DNA of 64,000 nt, taken from assembly GCA_040954595.2 (NCBI GenBank), contig CM082583.2, forward strand, positions 8,604,254 through 8,668,253, in the 5' to 3' direction. The notes under the pieces were generated by a model. The model saw only the letters and a program-made list of their open reading frames with translations, did no database searches and was not told the origin of the DNA. The position numbers and the translations under genes were made by a program. Numbering within the stretch: the first letter of the stretch is position 1; each line of letters opens with the position of its first letter. Positions 13,676-25,700 of the stretch are shown piece by piece. Source of the DNA: Balanoglossus misakiensis (Eukaryota > Animalia > Hemichordata).

Positions 13676-16600
13676 ATGGAAGACCAGGCTCAAGACTCGC
13701 AGTTTGAAGACGCGGAGAGCGATTATACTCCAATCCACTCGCCAATAAAGAGTTCGATCCATGCCGTTCGGGACGACGACAGCAGGGACAGCGGGATAAA
13801 TCACAGCGAATCCGGCAGCGACCGGCCCGAGAAGCAGGATCTGCCGGAATCCCAGTACGAGGACGCCGAGATGGACAGCAACGCCGATCCCGAGGAAGAC
13901 AACGAGCCCATTGAGACGAACGGCCGGCCGCAGATCGTGGACGGCTACGACGAAGCGGAGGACTTGCACGACGAGAACGGGGAGTACACAGAGAACGACG
14001 CCCCGGAGGAGAATCACGTTCAGGAGAATTCGGAGAACGCAGTGAGTGAACTCGACGTATTGGGGGACGCCGCCGCGAACGAGGACGTCCCCGAGTCTCA
14101 GCCCGAGGACGAGAGCAGCATGCTCGTGGCCGTCTCTATGGGCGACGGCGACGGCGAGGAGACTGCCGAGAGATCGGAGGAGGAGGTCGTGGAGAAATAC
14201 GAGGAGGAGGAAATGCACGAGAAATACGAGGAGGAGGAGGAGGAGGAGGAGGAGGATCACTACGGGGAAGAGAGCGAACAGTTCCAAGAGGATGACCAGT
14301 TTTACAAACCCGCGCAGACTGCTCGTGAGGAAGGCTACGTCGAGGAGAACGGGCAGGACGACATAGAGCTCCAGCCTGAGGACACTTACTATGCAGAGCA
14401 AACCGTGGAAGAATCGGAACCCACTTTGCTGGACGCGGAGGCCACCAGCGACCTTCCGGAAGATTATTCCGCGGGTGTTGTCAAGGAAGCGCCGGAGGGA
14501 GATGGATTGTTGGGGACTCGCCCGGCATCGTCACTTCTGCAACCGGAAGCCGAAATGCTGGTGGACACCGGAGTGAAGGAGGAGGTCAAGACAATCGCCC
14601 TGCAGAAGGAGGACCTCCGAGAGTTCGAGTCCGACCTGCTGCACAGCGACGGCGATCTGTCGGACACCCGGGATTTCATCGAACAGTTGGACGTCCACCT
14701 CAACCTGGGCGGGGGGCAGATGCATTTTCAGCCCCAGCAGGGTTTGCAGGAGCTAGATGATGATCATGACAAATATGACGATGCTCCTGAGTCACATGCG
14801 GACTATCCCGAGGAGAGAGTGTACGAGGAGCAAGACAATAGACTGATCAGTGACATTGATTTGCTGGGTGGCGACTTTCAGTCGAAGCAACCGACTGGCC
14901 TAGATCAGAAAATACAGGAAAACCTCCACATTATCGCATCTCGAAACACCCTGCCAGAATCAATCAATACCCACGGTGCTAAAACAGATCTGCTCACAAA
15001 CAGCCAGTTCAGCGATGATCTCCTGATGGACGATAGAGTCAGCGACACGACAGTTTCTAAAAATGTGTCTCCTCAAAAGAAGGCTGCTCAAGAAGCTTTG
15101 TTAGACAAGGATATTGCCCCAGTTGAACCCAAACCCAAACCTATACCCACATACACTAATTTCGACGACATCCCCGTGGGTGTGGCATATAATTACGCTC
15201 CTCCGTCACCGCAGCAAGACGATTCTGCAGAAGCCGATCAGGGTAGGATTGCGAAACCGGCAACAGGTCCTGCTAAGAAAAATCCTGGAGTTGGGGTGAA
15301 GAAGGGACGTGGAAGAGGCTTAAACAGACCAAAGCAGGCTCCCCAGCAACAGGCTAAAACTGGCGGCCGCGGTCAGACCAGTGTACCTAAGAGCAGTGTG
15401 CAGAAGACGCACACGTCTGACCAGAGGACTTTAGCTTCTAGGCCGGACTCGAATGTCAAGCAAGATCCGAGGAGGAGACAACCTGTGAAAATTGCCGACG
15501 CCAGGCAGATGAAGTCGCCCCAAAGCGCGGAAGATGAAGAGGGCATGGAAAGCACGCTGTTTGACGGCCAAGAGCGCGGCAGTGTGACCGCACCAAAGCA
15601 GGAAGTTCGGCGCAAGACGGATGCACCAGGGACAGCAGTGAGGGTCAACAGACAAGCGGGGCAACCACAGACATCAACAACACGGACAAGTCCACAGCAG
15701 AGAGGGCCGGCCCACGCGACCAGTCAGCCGGGTGGAGCCGTTAGTCCTTCGGGTGTTGTCGCTCCGGGGGAAGTTCAGAGGAAAGGCGGTGCTACCGAAC
15801 GTCTCTCGGGAGGAAGGGACGCGTGGGACGACAGAAGAGTGGCATCGGCGGAAAGATACGCAACTCCCGGGATGAGTCCGCTCGGGAAGGAGGACGGAAC
15901 GAACGCCTCGCAGAAGACGGCCAACGCGCAAAGAAGGCAGCAGACGCAGCAGACGAATAAAGCCTACAGCGGAAGTAGCAGGCAACACTTAAATGCGAGC
16001 AACCCGAAAGTTGACGAGAAACCGAACCGGCCGGTCTCGCCGGGAATAGCCCGCCGGCAGCCACCGCCCCCGGACAACATCAGCCAGGCGCAGAGCCGAC
16101 GCTTCGCCGAGTACGCAAGTTCGAGCCAGGGCAAAGCGCAGCCCAAGGAGTACGAGTATCCGGAGAGTCTGGATCTGGAGAACGAATCCCGGCACTCCAG
16201 CGGCTGCACCTCTCCCTACCACCAGCCGAAGCAGAACAGCAGCGGCAGCCCGAGCAAGACGCACTCGCATAACGGCCACGGTTTCGAGCAGACCGAGTCG
16301 GAGCACCAGCCGGTGTGTACCTGCGGCCAGGTGGTGTACGACGACATTGCAGAGAGCCAGGCCTACCTGATTGAGAGGAACAAGAAGAAGGTCGCACAGA
16401 GAGCAGCTGAGTTGCAGGCGAAGAGGGAAGAGGAGGAGAAAAGAGGTGACGATAAGGAGGAAGTATACCTGAGACCGACCAACCGTCGGCGCAATAGTTA
16501 CGAGTTGGCGAACAGAGACATTTCACCGACACCGGAGATGGACGGAGAGAAATACGGGGACCGGTTCAGAGCTGATATATCTGGACGGCCGGCGACAAGC

Positions 16601-17418
16601 AAGAAAGACCTCGAAGAGCCAACATCGTCAGCAAGGCGCTACAAATTAGTGGATGTTGAGGGTGTGGGCAGGGACAGCAGAGACCCCCAGCTGTCCGGGC
16701 TGGACCACGCCAAGTTGGCGAAACTCGCCGAACGGGAGCTTGCAGATATGGAGAGGTCACGCGCAGTGAGAGAGCGTCTGCAGCAGCAAGCACGGCAGGC
16801 CTATCCTGGGAGCCAGGTGTCGCCAACCAAGCAGGCAACGTCTCCGCAGCAGGCGTCGCCGAAAGCCCAGTCGCCGCAAAAACAAGCCACTCCGAAAACT
16901 GCCTCCCCTGCAAGGTCCGGCACTTCCATCAGCAGCTCACCGACCAAGACACTGCCCTCGCAGTCCAGCTCCGCGACCTCACCCGCCAAGTCGACGTCGT
17001 CGGCAGAAGGGGTCAAAAAGGGCGTCGCCTACGGGCAGCCGCTGTACGACAAGACGGGGCTGCGACTGTCCGGAGTCCATTCCCTCGATCTGAGCGGGGA
17101 CCCGGGACAGGAGAGGCCCGAAGACCAGTTTATGGATGCAGACGAGAGTGACGAGGAGTACGACGGCGTATCCAGGGAGAGAGAGGAGCGAATCCGCTAC
17201 GTGGATGCCGACATGTACGACCAGCTGACCGGCGAGGGAGGTATCGGCAGCTCCATATCGGAGATTCAAGCTGCCATATCGCAAAGCAAAAACATGCTGC
17301 TGAAGTCACCGACATTCTACGTGGAGAAAGAGCCCGAGGAACCAGTGTGGGTGTTGAGACCATTCTACGCCAAGAAACAACTTCAGGACGAAGAACGTAG
17401 GAGACAGGAACAAGAAAG
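13676..17418 (+). CDS. APBA: APBA coding exon 1: giant exon (exon starts 13659) encoding ~1247 aa of acidic and Ser/Pro/Gln-rich disordered N-terminus with a CASK-binding motif
   Basis: T-tract plus CAG acceptor ending 13658; ATG at 13676 in strong Kozak context GCCATGG; uninterrupted GC3-rich ORF; donor AAAG|GTGAGC at 17419 (phase 2); contains EEPVWVLR. Confidence 0.9.
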
Positions 17419-17777
17419 GTGAGCATTCTTGAACATTGGAAGGGATAAGATGCATGATAAATAACCAATATGGGTTCCTGCAAGTTGAGTTCAAATGGCA
17501 ACTGTGTGTTTATAAGGGAAATACTGCTTCATGTATAATCACTGATAGCTGAGTTTTCTGTGATTGATTCATGATTCATTTGCCTTACTAGAAAGTAGAA
17601 TAAAAAAATGTTGTTGCCACAGACATAAATGCTGAAGCAAACAAGAAAGTTGCAATGACGCCCTCAATTAGATGCATGTTGCGTGGCTTTTGTTTTTTTT
17701 TACGAAGTTTGCTTTCCTCAGTGTGAGGGCAGTGTGTGATACTTCAATCACTGGATTCTTGACTTTCCATTCTGCAG

Positions 17778-18039
17778 GGAGAGAGAGAGGGAGTCGATCA
17801 GACGGGAGGATCAGAGAGGGAACAACAGAAGCCCCACCTCGCTGGGCAGCAGTGATGACGACCTGCAGAACAGAAACCCACAGGGCTATCAGCGCAAGGA
17901 CAGTGATGACGAAGATGATGATGTTGAGCAGAAGCCATTGATGTCGACGAGTGACTACGAGACGGGGTCATCCTCCCATGATCACATCCACTCAGAGGAA
18001 TGTTATTTACGTAATCCCAGGCCACGAGAAGCATTCCAG
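17778..18039 (+). CDS. APBA: APBA coding exon 2 (ERERESIRR...RPREAFQ)
   Basis: Acceptor ttccattctgcag at 17777; open in phase 2, matching exon 1; donor CCAG|GTAGTG, phase 0. Confidence 0.85.
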
Positions 18040-18358
18040 GTAGTGTTTGATCACCATCATTTTTTTTAGCCAATTTTCCTTTTTTTATAGATGCAAATTC
18101 CAATATTTCTTACTCTTGGATAGTAAGAGTTGTGACTAAATGGTGGATTTTGTAGGTTCTGGAGTCGGTGTTACATGACAGCGCCCCCTTGTGGCTAAAG
18201 TCTTGTCTGTCAGTGTGTCTGCACACTTACTTCAAACTAGTTTTGAAAAGAGTAGATTTGTATTCAATTTCCCCAATGTCCGAGGTGAATTTTGTTCAGC
18301 ATTACTGTTGTCCACACAGATGTAGAAATGATTATTATTTTTTTATATTTCAAATCAG

Positions 18359-18401
18359 CAGGATGAAGATCTGCCTCCTAGTGGCTCAAAAACTAAAGAA
18401 G
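18359..18401 (+). CDS. APBA: APBA coding exon 3, short linker exon QDEDLPPSGSKTKE (43 nt, or 40 nt from the tandem acceptor at 18362)
   Basis: T-rich tract plus CAGCAG acceptor; donor AAG|GTAACA. It bridges the phase 0 end of exon 2 to the phase 1 start of the first PTB exon; not visible in the ORF track. Confidence 0.78.
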
Positions 18402-21400
18402 GTAACAATATTCCATATTTATGTGAGTTTGCTGTGGTGCAGTTTGATTTTATACAACAATGGCAATTTTACATGGTTGATTGTTTTATTCACAGACAGT
18501 TGCAAATTTATGTGTAGATTTGTCATTTATTAATCTCATGCCTGGATAATGATATATTTATTTTTGCTGTTATTATATTTGTATAATTATGCAATAATTG
18601 ACTTAAGTTTTGGTGTGTTAAAATGCATTCAGTATTTCCTCATTCTGTTTTCTCAGTTCTTTTCTATTTCAGTTGATTGTCTATTTATTCCCCTTGTCAT
18701 GCGTTTTCCAGTTATATTTGTTTTTGTTTTTGTTGACCTTTAGGGATATTTACTCTGTCAAGCTTTCAAAATTCAAAATAGTATTTTATCATTCTGACAT
18801 ACAGACATATTCCTTCGTAGCAAAATTTTACATGGCATTTAAGAACTGCCAAAAGCAACATCATTTGACAGAAAAATTATTCTTATCAGAGAGCACACTG
18901 TCCTCTACCCACAACCGACTTATACATGAAAACAACCAGATTAAACCAAAGGGTCATCAGTTCAAAGGTCACTAAACAAAACCCGTTCATGTCTCTTAGT
19001 GATGTCATCGTATATTTCACCTGTCTTTGGATATTGTCAGACCCAGAGCAGATAGTTTATGATTGTACAGCTGTCCATGGCTGCAAGCACGTAGCTGATC
19101 CACATCAATAGTTTGGCTTGCGGTTTTTGCGACCAGAAACCTTTAATGTGTTCTCGGAGAAATCTTAAATCACTGAGCAGGATCCATTCAGGCAAACCTT
19201 TGTAAATCATGGAAAATCACCACAGCGGCTGCTGAAATAGATCCTGTGAACAAATTGGAAAGACGTTTTGGTTTTATGTGCCAGGAAGTTTGTTCCATAT
19301 AGAGTAGTTTATGGGTTTACCAATCACTGAAATGAAAACGGTTGAACTGTAAGTGTTGGTGCTCTCGCCTACGAGAAAAAGCTGCTCGTACGAGGGATGA
19401 GATATGACGGCCATATATCTATCAGTAAAACTGTCACATCGATAAGACGCAGAGTTATCATTAGTGAAAAGTGAACAGAAAACTTGCAATACATTTACGT
19501 TATCAATAAGTATTCAAAATCAATAAAATATTGAAACGGCAACAGATTGAAATGCAGGCATGACTTGGAAAAAAAATACACTCAAAGTTTACATTTTGAG
19601 GTGGGGATCATTTCATCGCTGACCCTGAAATATCGAATGACATTTTAATTTCCTGTTCAGCCTATTCAGACACACTCACGGCATGTGTTAACGGTGTGTA
19701 CCTGTGAAGTCATTGTGTCCGAGGCAATATCACGGCTCCTTTGTAGCGTTGAACAATCGCTGAAAAAAATATTCACAAAGAATATTTGTAATGCAGAAAT
19801 GAAGGCATGGTGTCGTTGCTCCAGGGCCGGGAAGACAGTGTTTAGACAGTGTGTAATTTCCGGAAGCGTCAATCGGAGTAGATGAAACGTTGTCCCTCGG
19901 CAAAGTAATGGAAATAACATCACTGGCAGACTGGCCGTATTATTATTACGACATAAATGTCGGTGTCCCTTCTCTGTCGTATTGAATTATGTGTGATGTC
20001 TACGGTTGCTAATTTTCACAACGCAGCAGCAGTGTGCTCTCTGATAAGCTGACATTTCAACAACACTCTAGGACATATCAAAATAGTCTCCAGAGAAGCT
20101 ATTATTATTTCCTTTCAGACAACTGTTTCGATTGAGCTGATTTCTCGTTACTGATTACCTGAAAATTTTAAGAAAAAAAATTGCCTTTGTATTCCAAAAT
20201 ACCAGAGTTACACGTGGCATTGACTAATCTCGGTATCTTGCCATTCAAAATTAAGAAGTGACCGTGATTGACCCTGGGGTCAGCATGGTGTGTTGGTTCC
20301 GATTAATTTACTTGTCCCCCGTACGCGGAGAAAGCTGTCATACCCACATGAAAGTGAGGCATGCCAGTTATTAGATTTATCAGCGTCCAATTTTCATCAA
20401 CCTAGGTGGTACGCCCGATTTAAAGCTTGAGTTTTGTTGGGATGAAACCCCGACTTTCAGTTTCTTCATTCAGCCTGTGTTACAAGCATGCCGCTTCAGT
20501 TCTTTTACTTAGCAATTTCTTTTGGTCAATCTTTTTAAGTTGTGCCGTTTTTTGTCGTTTGCTAATTTGTGGCTTTTCTTTGTGTTTTTTATTTCCATCA
20601 TTGTTATGCAAATCTCTGCATGTATGGAAATATCTTATTGGTGAGTATATATATTTATAAGTTTTATTTAATGATTTTATTTTTGATTGGCAGTTTGCCG
20701 ACCCTCGTGCAGTTGTAGTCTCCCTAGCTCGGTGTTGTGGGGTGTTTACGCAACGTTAGCGTGTGTGTGTGTCTAGCAATTGCTAGAGTAGGAAGCTTCT
20801 TCTCCTGCACCCTCGATAGTCGTACACCACAGTCATATTGTGCTGGAAGTTCTCTCGTACTAGTTATTATTACACACGTACTACTGCCAGACATGCGGGA
20901 AAAGCATGCAAAATGTTTGGAAATCCCAACCGGGAATGTGGACGTGTGAGACCGCTACTTAAGTGGATCGCTGATGTGACCAGAAAAAAAACATGATTCG
21001 TTATACTCTCGTGCCAGTCATAGAGTATGATTATGAGGAAACTGTTGACGGTAATATAATCTACTTTTATATTCCATTCTTTCTTTTCCCCTGTCTTCCC
21101 CTTCTCCAGTATTTTTATCCCCCCCCCCCCATCTCCTGATTATCACCGAGATGCTTTGATTGAGTCCCTTGTGGCCGTTACTGTTGGGGGGTACTACCAC
21201 TCAAAAGAAACCATGGCATATTGGGTACTCTGTATCAAGACTGTCTCCTTGGATACTATGTGGATTATAATGTCCATGTTCATTTGTAAGACAGGAGTTT
21301 CACATTTAGATACAGGAAACCTGGTTTTTTAATCTCTCAAAGCGATAATTGTTTTGAGTTAATAAATCATGTTAATAGTGTGCTGTTTTAACTTCGGTGT

Positions 21401-22735
21401 CACGAAGTGAAATAGCGAACGCTTCACGTCAGATTTCTTGAGTAGCTATCACGTTTTCAGAAGTGTCGTCAGGTTGAGTCTGTGGACACACACACACTCA
21501 CACGGTGGTCTTAATCGAGGAAGAGTGGAGAACATTGGGTGCGGAATTCTCTGTGGGGCGATACCTGCCTCAAAGGGATTGATAGAAGGATTGATAGCTT
21601 TTGTGCGTGTGAAAATCAAAGTGAGAAGGTTATGAGCAGACAATTGAAGCAGTTAATTTGATGTTGCGTGGACTGGTCATTAGCAGAGCATGTTCGTACG
21701 TACGCGTGTCCATATTTGCATGTGTAGCATGTACATGTAGAAGTTCATCAAAAAGGTTGAACTTTTGGTCGTGTAAAGTTCATCAGAAAAGGTTTGCAAA
21801 AGAAGGCAATCTGTGTATTGTATGGCACTGGACTAACCGCCCTGGGCATGAAACTCTGGCATTTAATAGCAGAGATACTGTAGTGTATGGCACAGGAGTG
21901 AGACACTATAACTTACATCTTGTTCTCCCCATCGGCATATCACTTTTCTTGAAGGAATAATTTAGTGCCGCTTTGATGAAAACGCAGTCCTTTCACCTGA
22001 CGAGCCGCAAGTAAATTTATCACGGATGATGTTTTCCGGCATAATTTTTTCTCCCTTCGGCGCACGGGTCCGAGAGCCGCGAGGTAATTGAAGCAAGTGA
22101 CCCCTTGAGGTAGGAGAAGCGACCCGTGATACCAGAGTGTGGAATTTTGTAATATGAGAATGAGGGAAATCAGATGAGTATGGAAATTCTGAATTTGAAA
22201 TGGATGTGATCTATGATCGATGATCTGAATATTAGCAGGGGATAGGGTCATTGCCATGAGGAGGTAGAACTATGGCTGTTATATTCTCATGTCTTTCTAA
22301 ACTCTAAACTGTTGTATTTTTGAGGCCCTCAAAGATTTGTCTATATGCGAGTTTAGCCCCATTTCAAAATGTGCTTCCATTTTAAGTACTACGTACCTGT
22401 TTCTGTTTCAACCCATTAATGATGGAAATTAACCGTCAGATCTGTTCACAACTTATTGTGCAAACCACAGAAAACCCCCAGTCCACAGCAAATCACTGTT
22501 TAAAGCAAACACTGGTAAAACCTAACTCGGCTCTTAATAGCTGCTTTCCTGAAGAAAAATTGAAAAAAAAATCTCCTTCATAACCAGTTACATGTACACG
22601 TATTTGAAGAAATCAGTTTCTAATGACAATACTTTTCATCTATTGTGATACTCAGTGAAGCGTTTAGCTATAACATCTTAAAGCGTTAATGCCTCTTCCG
22701 CTAAAATAATTCGCCAACAATCACACGCCACCAGT

Positions 22736-22749
22736 GTTGCTATGGCAAC
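22736..22749. promoter_or_regulatory. RFX X-box GTTGCTATGGCAAC (intronic)
   Basis: Fits the consensus GTNRCY-N0-3-RGYAAC. Confidence 0.55.
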
Positions 22750-25700
22750 ATCAATCTATTTTGTCCGACATTTTGAAATGATCTTTTACCGTTGAGAAAA
22801 ATAAAAGGGACAAAAGCTATCCGGATGGGAAAATGATGAAAAAAATGCTCCAGGTTCTTTGTTGCAAATGAAAACATGGGAAGTCTCTTGCTATTGATGT
22901 TGTCAATGCACATTTTACTGAATAGAGAGTGAAGCAGATTGAGTTACCAAGGAGCAAAGTGTGAACGTAATGCGAGAGTCGGAAGAATTCAGCAGGGTTT
23001 CGTTCAGTTCGTTAGCAAGCCTGCAAAAAAACATGAAACACTAGCCTGGCCATTTACCTCTTTAGCGGCACGGGTCGTAACAGCCATTTTGTTTGGAATT
23101 CAATTGGGTTTAAGGTAGCAATTACCGAAACGGCAGCTGGAACCCTGACATTGTGACCCCAGTTTGCAGTTTTGTGAAACTTGATCCGCAATATGACATT
23201 ATAGAGTGTATCTGGAAAACTAAGTTAAACGCACTGAACGGGTAGAACCTTTCCAGAAGGCAAAATGTGTTTGTTTTTGGTCGCAAGTGAGAAATAACTA
23301 GAAGCAATAATCGTTCAATCTCAATTTCATTTTGAAGAAAAAAAATTTTTATGTAGCAGTGAAAATTCAGTTGACTTTAGATATTTATGAGTTGATAATG
23401 GCTTGATGTGTGAAATGTTATTTTAATTTTGGCCATGGCAAATATTTTTTTGACGCTTGGTGCAAATGTCAAAGAGGTCTGTACATAGAAATGTGGACAT
23501 AAACCGTCTCCCAGCTCACAAGTGCAAACACACAGAAAGTGGGGAGTTTGAAAAGAGATGAACAGACAGATAGATGGGCAGACGACAGAGGAACGCAGCA
23601 GTATAATAGTGACAGATGATGACAGTAGAGTCGAAACCCAGTGCAGTGTCAGCGCTCTATTTCCATGCAAATAGGACAGCCTCATACATATTTATGAATA
23701 TTAATATGAAACCCAATGCTTAATCTGCTGCATCATTGATAGTGTTGACACCGTGTCGGGTGGGAGGTCACATAACATATGGGATCAACAATACGCTGCT
23801 ACAAGCCCTGAACTTTCTGGATGCCTTGCGAATTAGGCCCAATTTCCAAAGTTTTGTGTTGTTCGGAGAGCAATATGACTCGATGACAAGCAATAACAGC
23901 AAAAAGAAAGGTGAGTTCGATAGGTTTCGTGGTTGAAACGTGACATGCTCACTCTGTCCAGACGGTGTCTGATAAACAACTAGGGATCGTTGTGTGTCTC
24001 TATGGAGAACGGTTGCTTGTAGTACGTGCCTTCTCTTACGTTACCGTGGTTTTTAGCTCGAGGTTACCTCTGCAAGATTAATACGGTGACAAATGATGTT
24101 TTGGTTAAGTGGACATTTTTCCATGAAGGATACCTGCCCCGTATCTGTTCGATGTTCGCCATTAAAAATTATGATGGATGGTCTGTCCAGGCATTTCACA
24201 ATGTTTTCTTGAAGTAATCCACTCGTTTATCAAATCAGTGTCTCTTTTTTCCCCTCGTCCTGTGGAATATTCTGATCGTGACTGATTGAGTTCTCCACGT
24301 GGCCTTCTATGCCTGACCCATCGACGTCGGCAGTCGGTCAGCTGGTATAAATAGCTTTGGTAAACTAACATATGGTGGCTGTCTATTTAAGAATCAGTGT
24401 CTGTGGTACATGTTTTGTAAAACCTACAATAACCATGGGTATTTTTTCCCTCCCGCCTCGGTAATTTCAAATGTCTTTATCAAGCTGGTGTACATGTAGT
24501 TGTGATCATTGTTTCTCCTCCTGATTGGCATTTAATAGTGGAAAAGGTCAAAGTTGAACCTAACATTGGTATTTATAAATCTAATCTGGTTGCATTCATT
24601 CCAGAGTGTGAAAACAGACACCTTTGCCCTCTGTTGTTGCACCAATTCCTCCCCCCCACCCCACAATATGTTTTATAGTCATTGAACAATGAGTAAAATG
24701 TCATAATTATTTTCGTGAGAACAGATACGATTACAATCCACTTTTGAGGTTGCCATGACACTGCCAATCACCCCACTTGTTATCTGTATCACCATAGATG
24801 TGGCGAACACCATAAGTGTGCCCTAATTCAATCCTGTCAATATGATATATGTGCCTGGAGAATGTTGCCAAAAATAATTTATTCACTGAGAACAATAAAA
24901 TGGATCCAGTTGTGTGCACAGAATTGAAATCAATAAATTTTGTTTTCTCCGACAGAATGATTTATTGTTTAACCGATCTCATGAGGTATATATAAATTTG
25001 ATTATGATTTTTAAACAAAATTGCAATACCTAGACATGGACTTTTTTACTGTCTATAATGCAGATGGACCTATAATAAGTGGTTTGTAGCAATGATTTTG
25101 AAACATATATACACTCATTGGGGTGAAGCCCACTGGGAATAGTGATATGTGGGAAAAAATTGGATTAATCATATTGTTTGAATGCACCGCACCACTGCTA
25201 TGAATATGTTGTATATTTTACTAACTAGATTAATTAAAAAAACACCTAGCTTTAATTAAGTTAAGAATTGTTGTTGAAGATTATTCATACATTGTTCGAT
25301 TTGGAATTATAATTGCCATTAGGCACACCAGAATTAAATGAATACATGCGTCAGTGAGTGTATTTGAGAGAGCTTGCTGATTCGATCTTAGTGTGCTCTA
25401 AAGACTATCAGGGTACCCTTGACATAATGTTGTGATAACAGTCAAATAATGACCCAGCGCTGATTGTGACAATCTTTACCTGGTGCTCTCAGGAGCGCAG
25501 TGCATATTCAGGTCGTGTGTGGCCTGAATAACAGAGTGACGTACAAGATACATTAAAATATAATAAATTCACTTGTGTATGATCTGAAAAAAATGCTCTT
25601 ATTATTTTGGGGCCAACTGTTTTGAAACACCACCATTCTATATCCATGATGTAATTGTACATTCCAACTTTGTGGCAAGAAACTGGTATTTTTAATAGTT

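Noticed and set aside
13598-14401. 267-aa hydrophobic antisense ORF and other ORFs overlapping the giant exon
   Set aside because: Antisense shadow of GAG/GAC-rich, GC3-high codons, which read as Leu/Val and lack stops.
15161-15181. FDDIPVG peptide as a linear motif
   Set aside because: Looks motif-like, but I cannot assign a partner or family with confidence.
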